Shown here piece after piece: positions 12,527-22,300 of a DNA stretch of 40,122 nt. The position numbers and the translations under genes are program-made. The notes beneath the pieces were generated by a model. The model was not told where the DNA came from and did not search any database. It saw only the letters and a list, made by a program, of their open reading frames with translations. The stretch comes from Folioceros fuciformis (taxonomy: Eukaryota). The DNA is taken from positions 72,434 to 112,555 of the forward strand of contig JBNGIO010005938.1 of the NCBI GenBank assembly GCA_049999805.1, given 5' to 3'. Positions within the stretch are counted from its first letter, which is position 1, and each line of letters opens with the position of its first letter.

Positions 12527-12678
12527 CGAGGAGTGGTGTCTATAGATCCCAGTTTTAGCAATTACCTACTCGAGGAGTGGTGTCTATAGATCCTAGTTTT
12601 AGCAATTACTTAATCGAGGAGTGATGTCTATAGATCCTAGTTTTAGCCATTACCTAATCGAGGAATCCTAGTTTTAGC
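12527..12678. repeat. 44-bp tandem repeat x3 plus a partial unit
   Basis: Unit cgaggagtggtgtctatagatccyagttttagcaattacctawt starts at 12527, 12571 and 12615, with a deleted fourth unit at 12659. Confidence 0.93.
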
Positions 12679-12998
12679 TTTGTTGTGTATATAAGGGTGA
12701 GAGCAAAGCCCTAGAAAACATTCTTTGCACAGACTTCATTCCAAGCTTAGTGTGGAGACATATTCCTAGCTCTTGCATAACAAGTTTATCATAGAGTCAA
12801 GCGAACTATACCACACCTCATAGACACCTCATAGAAAGAAGTGGACTACTATTGATCCACCACGCATAACACTCTCTTACGAGAGTACTATGCTATAATT
12901 TCTTTCTTGTGGGTTGCATCGAAGAGTTTCAAAGCCACAAGGAAGCCAGCTCTTGTCATTTCCTTGCAGCCTTGTGAAAAGCCATCTATATCGCAACC

Positions 12999-13536
12999 AT
13001 GGATTACCATAATTTGGACATCCGAGTATCATCTCCTTGCTCTCAAGCGAATATTAAGAGGAAGGCAAATAAGGCTCAAGACCATCTTCTACAAGCTACT
13101 TCATGTAGTGTTGTAGTACATGCTTTTGGTCGAGCCGTCAAACCTGCACAAAAACTAATCAAGCTCATCAAAGAGAGAGTTTACTTGATCGAGGTATACT
13201 TTGCTTTAATTCTTAGTAGAATGATCATTGATCAATAGGTGGTTGAGCGGGTAATGGAAAATTATGCTGTTGTGCAGATGGACTTTGAATTAGTTCCAAT
13301 CACATTGATGAATCGACGAAAGAAAGAATGCACACTCAAGAAGTTGACATGTACTATCTATTGGGAGGACACTCTAAAACATCGCATCATTTCTTTTAAA
13401 GATCCTCATAACAAGAACAAGATTGTTCTCCAGCTCCCGGCACACCTTGGAGCTGAGTGTGGTGATCCTTTCGTAGATGAGGAAGGCGATGAAGAGACAC
13501 GAGGTATAGAAAAAACTAACTAACTAACTAACTAAC

Positions 13537-13567
<31 letters not shown>

Positions 13568-14270
13568 CCAAGTATTATTGGGTTTACGTTTTAGCACCAT
13601 GTGTCATTACCTATTGTACTTATGCGACTAGGTTTGCTTTTATTTTGCAGCATCGAAGCTACATACTTTAGAGATTAGGGTGAAATCTCGTTGCTTTCAA
13701 AACAAATTGAAAAGGATGACAAATAGTGCTGAAGACCATCTTTTACAATCCTCTGCTTCCATTGTGGTACTGCGTGCTTGTGGTAGTGCAATAGATAATG
13801 TACTAAAAATGACCACGGCACTCAGAGAGAGAGTTTATTGGATAGAGGTATGTTTTGATTCAATTCTTACTACAATGATACATGAGGTGGTGTGGTAGAT
13901 AACTGAAAGTCATGTTGTTGTGCAGATGGACTATGAATTCACTCGTATTACGTTGATCGATCATCAAGGGAAAGAGTGTAGACTTGGAATGTTGATATGC
14001 ACATTGTTTTGGGGAGGCTTTGCAAACCATCGCACCATTATTTTCAAACAACCGCTTATCTTCAATCATCAGTTTATGAAGGAGTTTATTGAGTTCAATG
14101 AGAGTTTTCCCAAGACTCCAGCCCACTTCAAAGTTGAGTCAGCGACTGAGTCAAATCATCTGCTGGTAAAAGACAAAGAAGCGAAGGAGAAGGCCCTAAG
14201 CCTAAAATATCCCTTAATCATGAAGGAGGAGGTGAATGAGTTTGAAACAATCTGGTTTTGTTTTAATTAA
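12999..14270 (+). pseudogene. Two-exon gene with two tandem divergent Alba/Rpp25-like domains, each with one in-frame TAG
   Basis: The halves align (LDIRVSSPCSQANIKRKANKAQDHLLQATSCSVVVHAFGRAV...IKERVYLIEVYF versus LEIRVKSRCFQNKLKRMTNSAEDHLLQSSASIVVLRACGSAI...LRERVYWIEVCF). A phase-matched intron 13504-13650 joins them in frame. TAG codons sit at 13236-13238 and 13896-13898. The Alba call is from motif resemblance only. Confidence 0.6.
13516..13572. repeat. (CTAA)n/(CCAACTAA)n microsatellite within the predicted intron
   Basis: ctaactaactaactaactaaccaactaaccaactaaccaactaaccaactaaccaa read directly. Confidence 0.9.
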
Positions 14271-14555
14271 GAGTAATTGGGCTTGTGGGTATTACGGCTA
14301 AGACCCATTTAGGGTTTAGGGTTACATGTTACAAATATATTACGTATATTTACTTTTTTTAGTATATTTATATATTTTACAGTTATATTACGTATACACT
14401 ATAAATTATGGAAGGTGTATAAATTTATACATGCTATGTAATTTTATCACATTTACAGGTATAATCTTATATTTTATTGTAATTTAAGTGTAATAAAAAA
14501 ACACCTTTACCGACCCTTTTTGTTGCTAAACAAAGAAATATGGAGTATCCGAATA

Positions 14556-14623
14556 GGCCCATCCGATCAAACCCGAGGTTGAATCCCAAAGGCCCATCCG
14601 ATCGAACCAGGTTGAATCCCAAA
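14556..14623. repeat. ~34-bp direct repeat x2 containing GGCCCA
   Basis: ggcccatccgatcaaacccgaggttgaatcccaaa / ggcccatccgatcgaaccaggttgaatcccaaa. Confidence 0.85.
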
Positions 14624-14847
14624 GCTCGCTCGCTAGAGGGACACCAAGGAATGTGCATGGATGCCATTGCCAATCACTCAACACAATATGAAGTATGAAA
14701 GGATTGTATCCGGAAGGGCATTTAAGATTTTGAACACACCCCTCAAAGGATCCTCCTTTAATGTTATGTGGTTTCCATGTTGGAGCTATGGAGGGCTCCA
14801 CAGGTGCGTGCTGCATCCACCATCGCCAGTGACCAACTTTAAATATA

Positions 14848-15473
14848 TTACAAGTGGCTGTTTGCAGGACGGAAAGGTCCATGGTGCTGGTTGGGGGACT
14901 GAGAGTTCGTGAATCGAGGCTGCAAGGTTTTTTCTGCATCAGAGTTCCTGGCCTGCTTGTCGTTCCCGGACCTCTGCACCATAAAAAACAACTTTGACGC
15001 GAATCACAAACACTGGACTGCGAGGCTGCAGCAGCACATGCACAAGCTCACTGATCCACAGCATACCCGAAGCAAGTTCGTGACCTACCGCAAATTTCAC
15101 AGAGCGGTTGTAGAGAGATACAAGGCCAGAAAACAGGCTGAGCGCGTACTCAGCACTCTCCTGGGTCTCGTACTCTGCGAATGCGTATGATCTGTGCCGT
15201 TTGGTGTCCTTATCCCGCGGCATGTAAATTTCTACCAAGGGCCCGGCCTGGACCATGATCTCGTACAGTGTCCTCTCATCAACCCGCTCATCCAAATTCC
15301 CTACACTCACAAACACGGATGCGGTTGCCCTACCTTCTGAACAACAAATCAGATCAAGCAATTCGTCCCAGTGCCACGCAACGCAGCAACCCACACAGCC
15401 GCTGCAAGAATCACCTCTTCGAAGATCTTGAACTGTTACCTATGTACAGAGTCGTGCCCGGCGTCTTGGACAT
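14848..15473 (-). CDS. RBM7: RBM7-like RRM protein (NEXT exosome-targeting complex)
   Basis: Exons 15440-15473, 15089-15300 and 14848-14973 give MSKTPGTTLYIGNLDERVDERTLYEIMVQAGPLVEIYMPRDKDTKRHRSYAFAEYETQESAEYALSLFSGLVSLYNRSVKFA..., matching the plant RBM7 pattern. Confidence 0.85.
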
Positions 15474-15642
15474 GGCTGCAGAGCTGGCACGGATTTCTTT
15501 GTCCGAAGCAGAAGGTTGTGGAGCTTCCCTGGCTCAGCGCCACTGCCGTCCTTTACACTTGCCCTAAAATTTCGCTTCCGTAAATTTCCCTCCCGCACGC
15601 TGGGGAGTGCTCGTCAATCGCCTCCGCAGTGCGGTGGGAAGG

Positions 15643-16315
15643 ATGAGCTCAGGATTGGTGGATTACGGATCTTCCGACGATGACGAAGAGGTTGCCGACG
15701 AATCACGCCCCGCTTCCCCTCCCGGCCCCGCTGCCTCTGCCTCCTCGCTTACCTCTTCGCTTCCAAACAGGTGAGCTCGCAGTTCCGTCGGAAGATTTGC
15801 TTCACTTGTTTGCATAGGAGCAAGCTGGACTGGACGCGATGCGCATGGAGGAGAACTCTGATTCTACTCTCTGTCTGCCAACAGGAACGTCCCAAGCATC
15901 GTGCCGACGGAACCTAACCTCTCACCACTAGTCCGGCTACCTGATGCAGCGGATTTGTTGGGAGACTCATCCACCAGTCTCTTGGCCGCAACGGTGCGTT
16001 CATCATCAAGGAAGAGGTCCGAGGTGAATGGCCCTGCACATCAAGCGCCACCGAAAAAAATTGCGAAGAGCCATCATCCGGCTTCACGAAGTAGCCCGGA
16101 CACTGCTGGAGGACTTCTGTTGCCTCCACAACTACAAGGCAGGTACGGTTCTTCCAAGTTTAGCCAAGCAAAGCGAATCATATGTGCATGGTACTCCTGT
16201 TTATGATCAAGCTGCCCTCACTTCAAACGTGTCACTCCACTTCCTGTGCAGGAGCAACGTTGTGACGGATGACTTGGACAAGCTGTTTGTGCGAAGAAAA
16301 AGGAAAGGAGTGTGA
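15643..16315 (+). CDS. Small plant protein of unknown function
   Basis: Three exons (15643-15770, ~15885-16142, ~16252-16315) give MSSGLVDYGSSDDDEE...LPDAADLL...SRKR...PDTAGGLLLPPQLQGR|SNVVTDDLDKLFVRRKRKGV*. Introns are in phase, and the LVDY-SSDD and PPQL-GRSNVVT-D motifs recall an uncharacterised plant family. Confidence 0.8.
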
Positions 16316-16615
16316 TCCCGTGACGTTAGCCTAACCAACAGCTAAGCAGACTGGCGTAGGAGGCAGGGACGGATGCGGACAAACAGGTATCCGATCCCTT
16401 CAGAGGTTCTTTTGCTGCTATGGCGTCCTCCAGTGGGAAAGCTCGAGGTTGTCACCAATTTTTTTTTTTTTTTTTCCTGTGTGCGCAGGTCGAGCGGGCG
16501 ATTCGTCTTCCCTTGAATCTGTTTCCGTGCATATATCGCTGCACTCTCGCGTAGTTGTTTGTGAACATCTTTCGTCCGTAGTTGATTAAGTTGGGTATCG
16601 CTGATTGATGAGAGC

Positions 16616-16850
16616 CACAACTTTATTACGGTAAACACACTTACATGTGTACGTACAGTAGGATCAAACTTGCATTCTGGAGATTAATAGACCACCTTGG
16701 TTCTATTCGATTGTGTCTGGATGCTGGTGTGAATGTGAATGTGAATGTAAATGTCAGCAACCCTCCCTCTTAGGGTACGGCTCGCAAACAGGCAAGGTGT
16801 TGACAGAGCGACGACTGCGCTGTCGTCCTTCCTCGGAAGCAGCTCCCATT
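16616..16850 (+). repeat. Copy B of the ~230-bp inverted repeat; putative promoter and first non-coding exon of the pyruvate kinase gene
   Basis: The reverse complement matches 12292-12520, including exact 25-nt (tcgtcgctctgtcaacaccttgcct) and 23-nt (aatcgaatagaaccaaggtggtc) blocks. It ends 7 bp before a GTAAGT donor at 16858. Confidence 0.9.
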
Positions 16851-17006
16851 GGGGAAAGTAAGTATTGCTCCTCCTGTGCCCCTTTGTAGTTGTTGCTTGT
16901 GATTTGCTGGTGGAGGGCTTGCTTGTGCTGCCGCTGCCGCGCAATTGAGTCGCGCTGGAGCGAATTGAGTCGCGTGGAAGCGGAGTCGTACGCACAGTCA
17001 GGAAGG

Positions 17007-18593
17007 ATGCCTACCTCGCACTTGTTGTTGGAGGAGCCGCTGCGGCTGGCTTCGATCCTCGAGAGCTCGCCCCATGACCCCAATTTCAATGCCATGACCA
17101 AGATTATAGGCACTCTGGGGCCGCGGTCGCACACGGTGGAGGTGCTGGAGGATCTTCTCAAAGCGGGCATGTCCGTGGCCAGGTTTGATTTCTCATGGGG
17201 AGACCCCAAGTATCACCAGCAGACCCTGGACAATCTGAGGAAGGCAGTTAAGAACACGCGGAAGCTGTGCGCTGTGATGCTGGACACGGTGGGGCCTGAG
17301 CTGCAGGTGATCAACATTACGGGGGAGAAGTCGATTGTGCTTGTGGCGGGGGAGCATGTGACTCTGACTTCCGACAGGGATGTGGAAGCGTCTTCCCAGA
17401 TCCTGCCCATTAACTATGACGAGTTGGCTAGCGTGGTTAAGGCCGGGGACACCATCTTCCTGGGGCAGTATCTCTTCACCGGGAGCGAGAACACGTCGGT
17501 GTGGTTGGAGGTGGTGGAGAGCAAGGGCAAGGACGTGGTGTGCCTTATCAAGAACAGTGCCTCTCTAACCGGGACTCTATTCACGGCGCATGCCGCGCAG
17601 GTGCATATCGACCTTCCCACGCTGAGCGACGGCGACAAAGGTGTCATATCTACGTGGGGGTTGTCGAACAGCATCGACTTTCTCTCTTTGTCCTACACTC
17701 GGCACGCGGAGGATGTGAAGCAAGCGAGGGCTTATTTGGCAAGTTTGGGTGACCTCAACCAGACCCAGATCTTCGCGAAGATTGAGAATGTGGAGGGGTT
17801 GCAGCACTTCGACGAGATTTTGAAGGAGGCTGACGGGATCATCCTGTCCCGTGGAAATCTGGGCATCGACCTGCCCCCGGAGAAGGTGTTTCTGTTCCAA
17901 AAGTCTGCTCTGTACAAGTGCAACATGGCTGGTAAGCCCTCCGTAGTGACTCGGGTGGTGGACACCATGACGGACACCCCAAGGCCAACTCGAGCTGAGG
18001 CCACGGATGTGGCCAATGCCGTGCTGGACGGCACTGATGCAATTCTCTTGGGAGCGGAGACACTGAGAGGTCTCTACCCTGTGGAGACGGTGTCCACGAT
18101 CAGGAACATTTGTGTGGAAGCTGAGAAGGTGTACAACCACGTTGTGTACTTCAAGAAGACTGTGAAGTATGTAGGGGAGCCTATGGCTCACTTGGAGTCC
18201 ATTGCATCCTCAGCGGTGAGGGCTGCCACCAAGGTCAGGGCTTCGGTCATTGTGGTGTTTACATCCTCGGGGCGAGCTGCCAGACTCATTGCCAAGTATC
18301 GGCCGTCCATGCCCGTGCTTGTTGTGGTCATTCCTAAGCTCACCACAAACCAGCTGCGCTGGACTTTCACCGGTGCCTTTCAGGCCAGGCAATGCTTGGT
18401 TGTGAGGGGCCTGTTCCCTATGTTGGCAGATCCTCGTCATCCAGCAGATGCCAGCACCACCAATGAGTCTATTCTCAAAGTGGCCTTGGACCATGGAAAG
18501 GCAGCAGGAGTGATCAAAGCGCATGACCGCATTGTCGTTTGTCAAAAGGTTGGTGATTCCTCGGTGGTCAAGATTATTGAGCTCGACGAATGA
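17007..18593 (+). CDS. Cytosolic pyruvate kinase, 528 aa, intronless CDS
   Basis: Uninterrupted [22 protein letters not shown]...TKIIGTLGP...[10 protein letters not shown]...FAKIENVEG...[17 protein letters not shown]...[17 protein letters not shown]...[10 protein letters not shown] predicted 5'UTR intron spans 16858-16997. Confidence 0.97.
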   Translation: MPTSHLLLEEPLRLASILESSPHDPNFNAMTKIIGTLGPRSHTVEVLEDLLKAGMSVARFDFSWGDPKYHQQTLDNLRKAVKNTRKLCAVMLDTVGPELQVINITGEKSIVLVAGEHVTLTSDRDVEASSQILPINYDELASVVKAGDTIFLGQYLFTGSENTSVWLEVVESKGKDVVCLIKNSASLTGTLFTAHAAQVHIDLPTLSDGDKGVISTWGLSNSIDFLSLSYTRHAEDVKQARAYLASLGDLNQTQIFAKIENVEGLQHFDEILKEADGIILSRGNLGIDLPPEKVFLFQKSALYKCNMAGKPSVVTRVVDTMTDTPRPTRAEATDVANAVLDGTDAILLGAETLRGLYPVETVSTIRNICVEAEKVYNHVVYFKKTVKYVGEPMAHLESIASSAVRAATKVRASVIVVFTSSGRAARLIAKYRPSMPVLVVVIPKLTTNQLRWTFTGAFQARQCLVVRGLFPMLADPRHPADASTTNESILKVALDHGKAAGVIKAHDRIVVCQKVGDSSVVKIIELDE

Positions 18594-19359
18594 GGTTTTT
18601 CACATCAAAGCTTTTGTACGGTTTTGACTCTTCACCGATTCTTCTGGCTTTTTCACGAAACACTGCCGCATTTATGGGATTACCAGTTTAAGGTTCACGG
18701 GACTCGACGTAGCGGTCTTAGTGCATGCAGATTTTGTATCCACTAGCTGGGGTGGCTAGACACTAGCTAGACACCGAAGTACCAGTCCACTGTCTAGGAT
18801 ACCTATTAGGTGTCCTCTCTGTGTCTGTGCTGAATTACAGTAGCTCCAGTTTACGATGCACTGAAAATGCATTTTAGTTTTCGCCCTTTGCCCGAATGCC
18901 CACGAAGCAAGCTATGAAACACGTCACGAGAACTACACTTATGGTTACCCTCTAACACAACACATAGAATCCCGGACGTCTAGCTCTTCAAGGTGCAGTC
19001 TGGGTGATGTATGTGCGTGTAGCGTGTTTGGAGGATGGCATTTGAGTGAAGAAAAGGGCACGAAGTCTGTGTATGAGGATAGTTCCGTGAACCAACAAAT
19101 TGGTGCGTTTACTGGAAGAGCTCCCACATTTCTGACATGTGGGAACCAAGGGATGCATACAAATGGAACCATGAATTTCAACACTTACGTAAGTGACAGA
19201 GCCCGTCTCAGAGGATGGGACTCCTCACTTGGGTGGGATAACAGGTAAGACAGGAAGGAAAAGCGTCCGTTTGATCTCCGGTGGGGAGAGTTCCAGTAGG
19301 TACTGCTTACGCAACTGTACAAGCAACCTGAGGTGGATGCCCGGTTTGCACCTCTGGAA

Positions 19360-22300
19360 ATGGTGATGGACATCAAAGGCTGGATCTTGGCGGGTGATCC
19401 TGAGCTTACCAGACCCGTAGGATGGCACACGAGCGTAACGGCCGACACTGTGAGCCAGCTTTGTCATCGGGGGCATGTGACTGAGGCGGTTGAGGCATTG
19501 GGAGTTTTAGTGCAAACGGACTGTTGTTTCTCGAAAGATCTCTTGTACAGTGTGCTGAAGGGCTGCGTAGTGAAGAAGGATCTTGTGCTGGGTCGTCGGG
19601 TCCATGCTCTCATTGTGAGAAAGGGGAATCAGTCGGACACGTTCCTGTGCAATCATATCCTGCGGATGTATGCGTCTCATAGCAGGTTGCAAGAAGCGAT
19701 GGATGTGTTCACCATGGTTGGGAAACCGGATGCCTTCATGTGGTCGTCCATTATTTCTGCGCACGTTAAAGGGGGTCAAGACATGCAGGCTGTAGAACTG
19801 TATCATCGAATGCGCAAGTCAAGAGTGAAGCCAGATGGCCATGTATTTGTGGCAGCTCTTCAAGCTTGTGCAAGTGCATCAGACTTGATCACTGGGCAGC
19901 AGGTGCATGCCGATGTGTTGGCTGCTGGCGGGCATCCTGATTCGTTTGTTTGCAGCTGCTTAGTGGACATGTATGCAAAGTGCGGCAGCTTGGAAGATGC
20001 TCAGAGCGTTTTTGAGAGCCTTGGTCAAAAGGACGTGGTTACGTGGAATGCCATGATAGCAGTGTATTCTCAGCAGGGCATGGGCCAGGAAGCGCTCAAT
20101 CTCTACAGTGCTATGCAAAAAGAAAGCGTAGCTATACCCAATTCGGTGACATTTGTGTGCCTCCTGCGGGCATGTGCAAGTTTGGGCAACATGGCGTTGG
20201 AGATGGGAAAGCAGCTTCATGCGCAAATCAAAGAGCGAGGATATCAAGCTAATGTGTTTGTAGCCAGCAGTTTGGTGAGCATGTATGCAAAGTGTGGGAG
20301 CTTGGGAGAGGCAAAACGAGTGTTCGATGAACTTTCACATAAGGATGTTGTGACTTGGAATGCAATGATAGCAGCGTACTCCCAGCATTGCATGTGGGAG
20401 GAGGCCCTTCACCTTCACGGCGCCATGCAAGAAGGCATCGTTGCTCCCAATTGTGTGACATATGTGTGTCTATTGCAGGCATGTGCAGGTGTGGGAAATG
20501 CAGCATTGGTGAGGGGGAAGCAGCTGCACACAGAAGTCAGAGAACGGGGACACCAAGCTGATTTATCCGTCGCTAACAGTTTGGTAACCATGTATGCAAA
20601 GTGTGGCAGCTTGGACGAGGCTCAGAGGGTGTTTGAGGGTCTTAGTCAAAAAGACGTGGTGACGTGGACTGCTCTTATGGCAGGATATGCCCAGCAGGGC
20701 ATGGGTCAAGAAGCCCTTAATCTTTACAATGCTATGGAAGAAGAACGTATTGCTGTACCTGATCCTGTAACATTTGTATGCCTCCTGCAGGCATGTGCAG
20801 TCGTGGGCACCCAAGCTTTGGAGGTGGGAAAGCAACTCCACTCTCGAATTAAAGAACGACGACATGAAGCTGATGTGTACGTGGCCAGCAGTTTGGTGAA
20901 CATGTATGCAAAGTGTGGAAGCTTGGAAGACGCTGAGAGAGTGTTTGCAAGATTGAACGAAAAGAACGTGGTGACATGGAATGCTATGATAGCAGGGTAT
21001 TCCCAGCAGGGCTTGGGCCAGGAAGCACTTTCTCTTTACGGTGTGATGCAAGAGGTGGGCTTGGCTGTACCTGATTCAATGACATTCGTGTGTGTCCTGC
21101 AGGCATGCGCAATTGTGGGTCCTCAAGCTTTGGAGAAGGGGAGGTTGCTTCACGGTCAAATTAGAGAAGTAGGACATCAAGATGATGTGTTTGTTGCCAG
21201 CAGTTTGGTGAACATGTATGCAAAGTGTGGCAGCTTGGACGACGCGCAACGAGTATTTGAGGGGCTTAGTCAGAAACATGTGGTAACGTGGAATGCCATG
21301 ATAACAGGGTACTCCCAGCAGGGAATGGGCCAGGATGCCCTTCGCTTGTACAGTACTATGCAGGAGGAGGGTAGAGCTGTACCCAATTCTGTGACATTTG
21401 TGTCCCTGCTGCAAGCTTGTGCAAGTGTCGGGGCCCCAGCTTTGGAGAAAGGAAAGCTGCTTCATACACAAATTAGAGAACAAGGGCATCAAGCCGACAT
21501 GTTTGTAGCCAGCAGCTTGGTGAAGATGTACACAAAGTGTGGGAGCTTGGAAGATGCTCAAGAAGTGTTTGACCGGCTTGGTCCAAAAGATGTGACGACG
21601 TGGAATGCTATGATATCTGGGTATTCTCAGCAGGGCATGGGCCAGGAAGCGCTCGGTGTCTACGATGCCATGTTGGCAGAGGGTCTAGCTGTACCTGATT
21701 CGGTGACATCTGTGTGCCTCCTGCAGGCTTGTGCAAATCTGGGCAGGCGAGCCTTGGAGACAGGGAAGCAGCTTCATACGAAAATTAGAGCAGGAGCACA
21801 CCTAGATGACGTGTTTGTAGCCAACAGCTTGGTCAACATGTATGCAAAGTGTGGCAGCATTAAAGGTGCTCAGAGAGTGTTCGATGAACTTGGTGAAAAG
21901 AATTTGGTGACGTGGAATGCCTTAATAGCAGGATACTCCCAGCAGGGCATGGGTCAGGAAGCCCTTCATCTGTACAGGGTTATGCAGGAAGGCAAGATAG
22001 CACCTGATTCCACAACATTTGCATGCCTCCTGCAGGCATGTGCTTGTATGGGTACCCCAGCCTTGGAGGCGGGAGAGCAGCTTCATGCACAAATTAAGGA
22101 ACAAGGTTTCCAGTCTGATGTGCATGTGGCCAGCAGTTTGGTACACATGTATGCGAAGTGTGGTAAACTGGAAAACGCGGCAAGAGTATTTGAAGGACTA
22201 ACTCACAAAAGTGTGGTGACTTGGAATACCATGATAGCAGGGTATTCCCAGCAGGGCATGGGCCATGAAGCCCTTCGCCTTTACAGTGCTATGGAAGAAG

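Noticed and set aside
12527-12678. 44-bp repeats as a CRISPR-like array
   Set aside because: The units are contiguous with no unique spacers, there are no cas genes, and the context is eukaryotic; this is an ordinary minisatellite.
14308-14321. (TTTAGGG)2 as an interstitial telomere
   Set aside because: Only two units; indistinguishable from a telo-box or chance in AT-rich DNA.
16387-16394. GTATCC donor as a U12-type intron
   Set aside because: It reads GTATCCGA rather than GTATCCTT, has no TCCTTAAC branch site, and has a U2-type poly-T tract.
12292-16850. Inverted repeats as TIRs of a Pack-MULE carrying RBM7 and neighbours
   Set aside because: No 8-11 bp target-site duplication at the outer ends (gtgtgca versus ggggaaag), no transposase, and the enclosed RBM7 and small gene are complete. 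Not fully excluded without a genome-wide copy count.
16890-17006. 39-aa Cys-rich N-terminal extension of pyruvate kinase in the ORF track
   Set aside because: It starts at a non-ATG codon inside the predicted 5'UTR intron; the family-typical start is ATG 17007.
13236-19299. In-frame TAG/TAA codons (Alba-like gene, PPR-A leader) repaired by U-to-C editing
   Set aside because: Reverse editing in hornworts and ferns is known only for organellar RNA. Point mutation, such as C-to-T deamination, is the simpler explanation for nuclear DNA.
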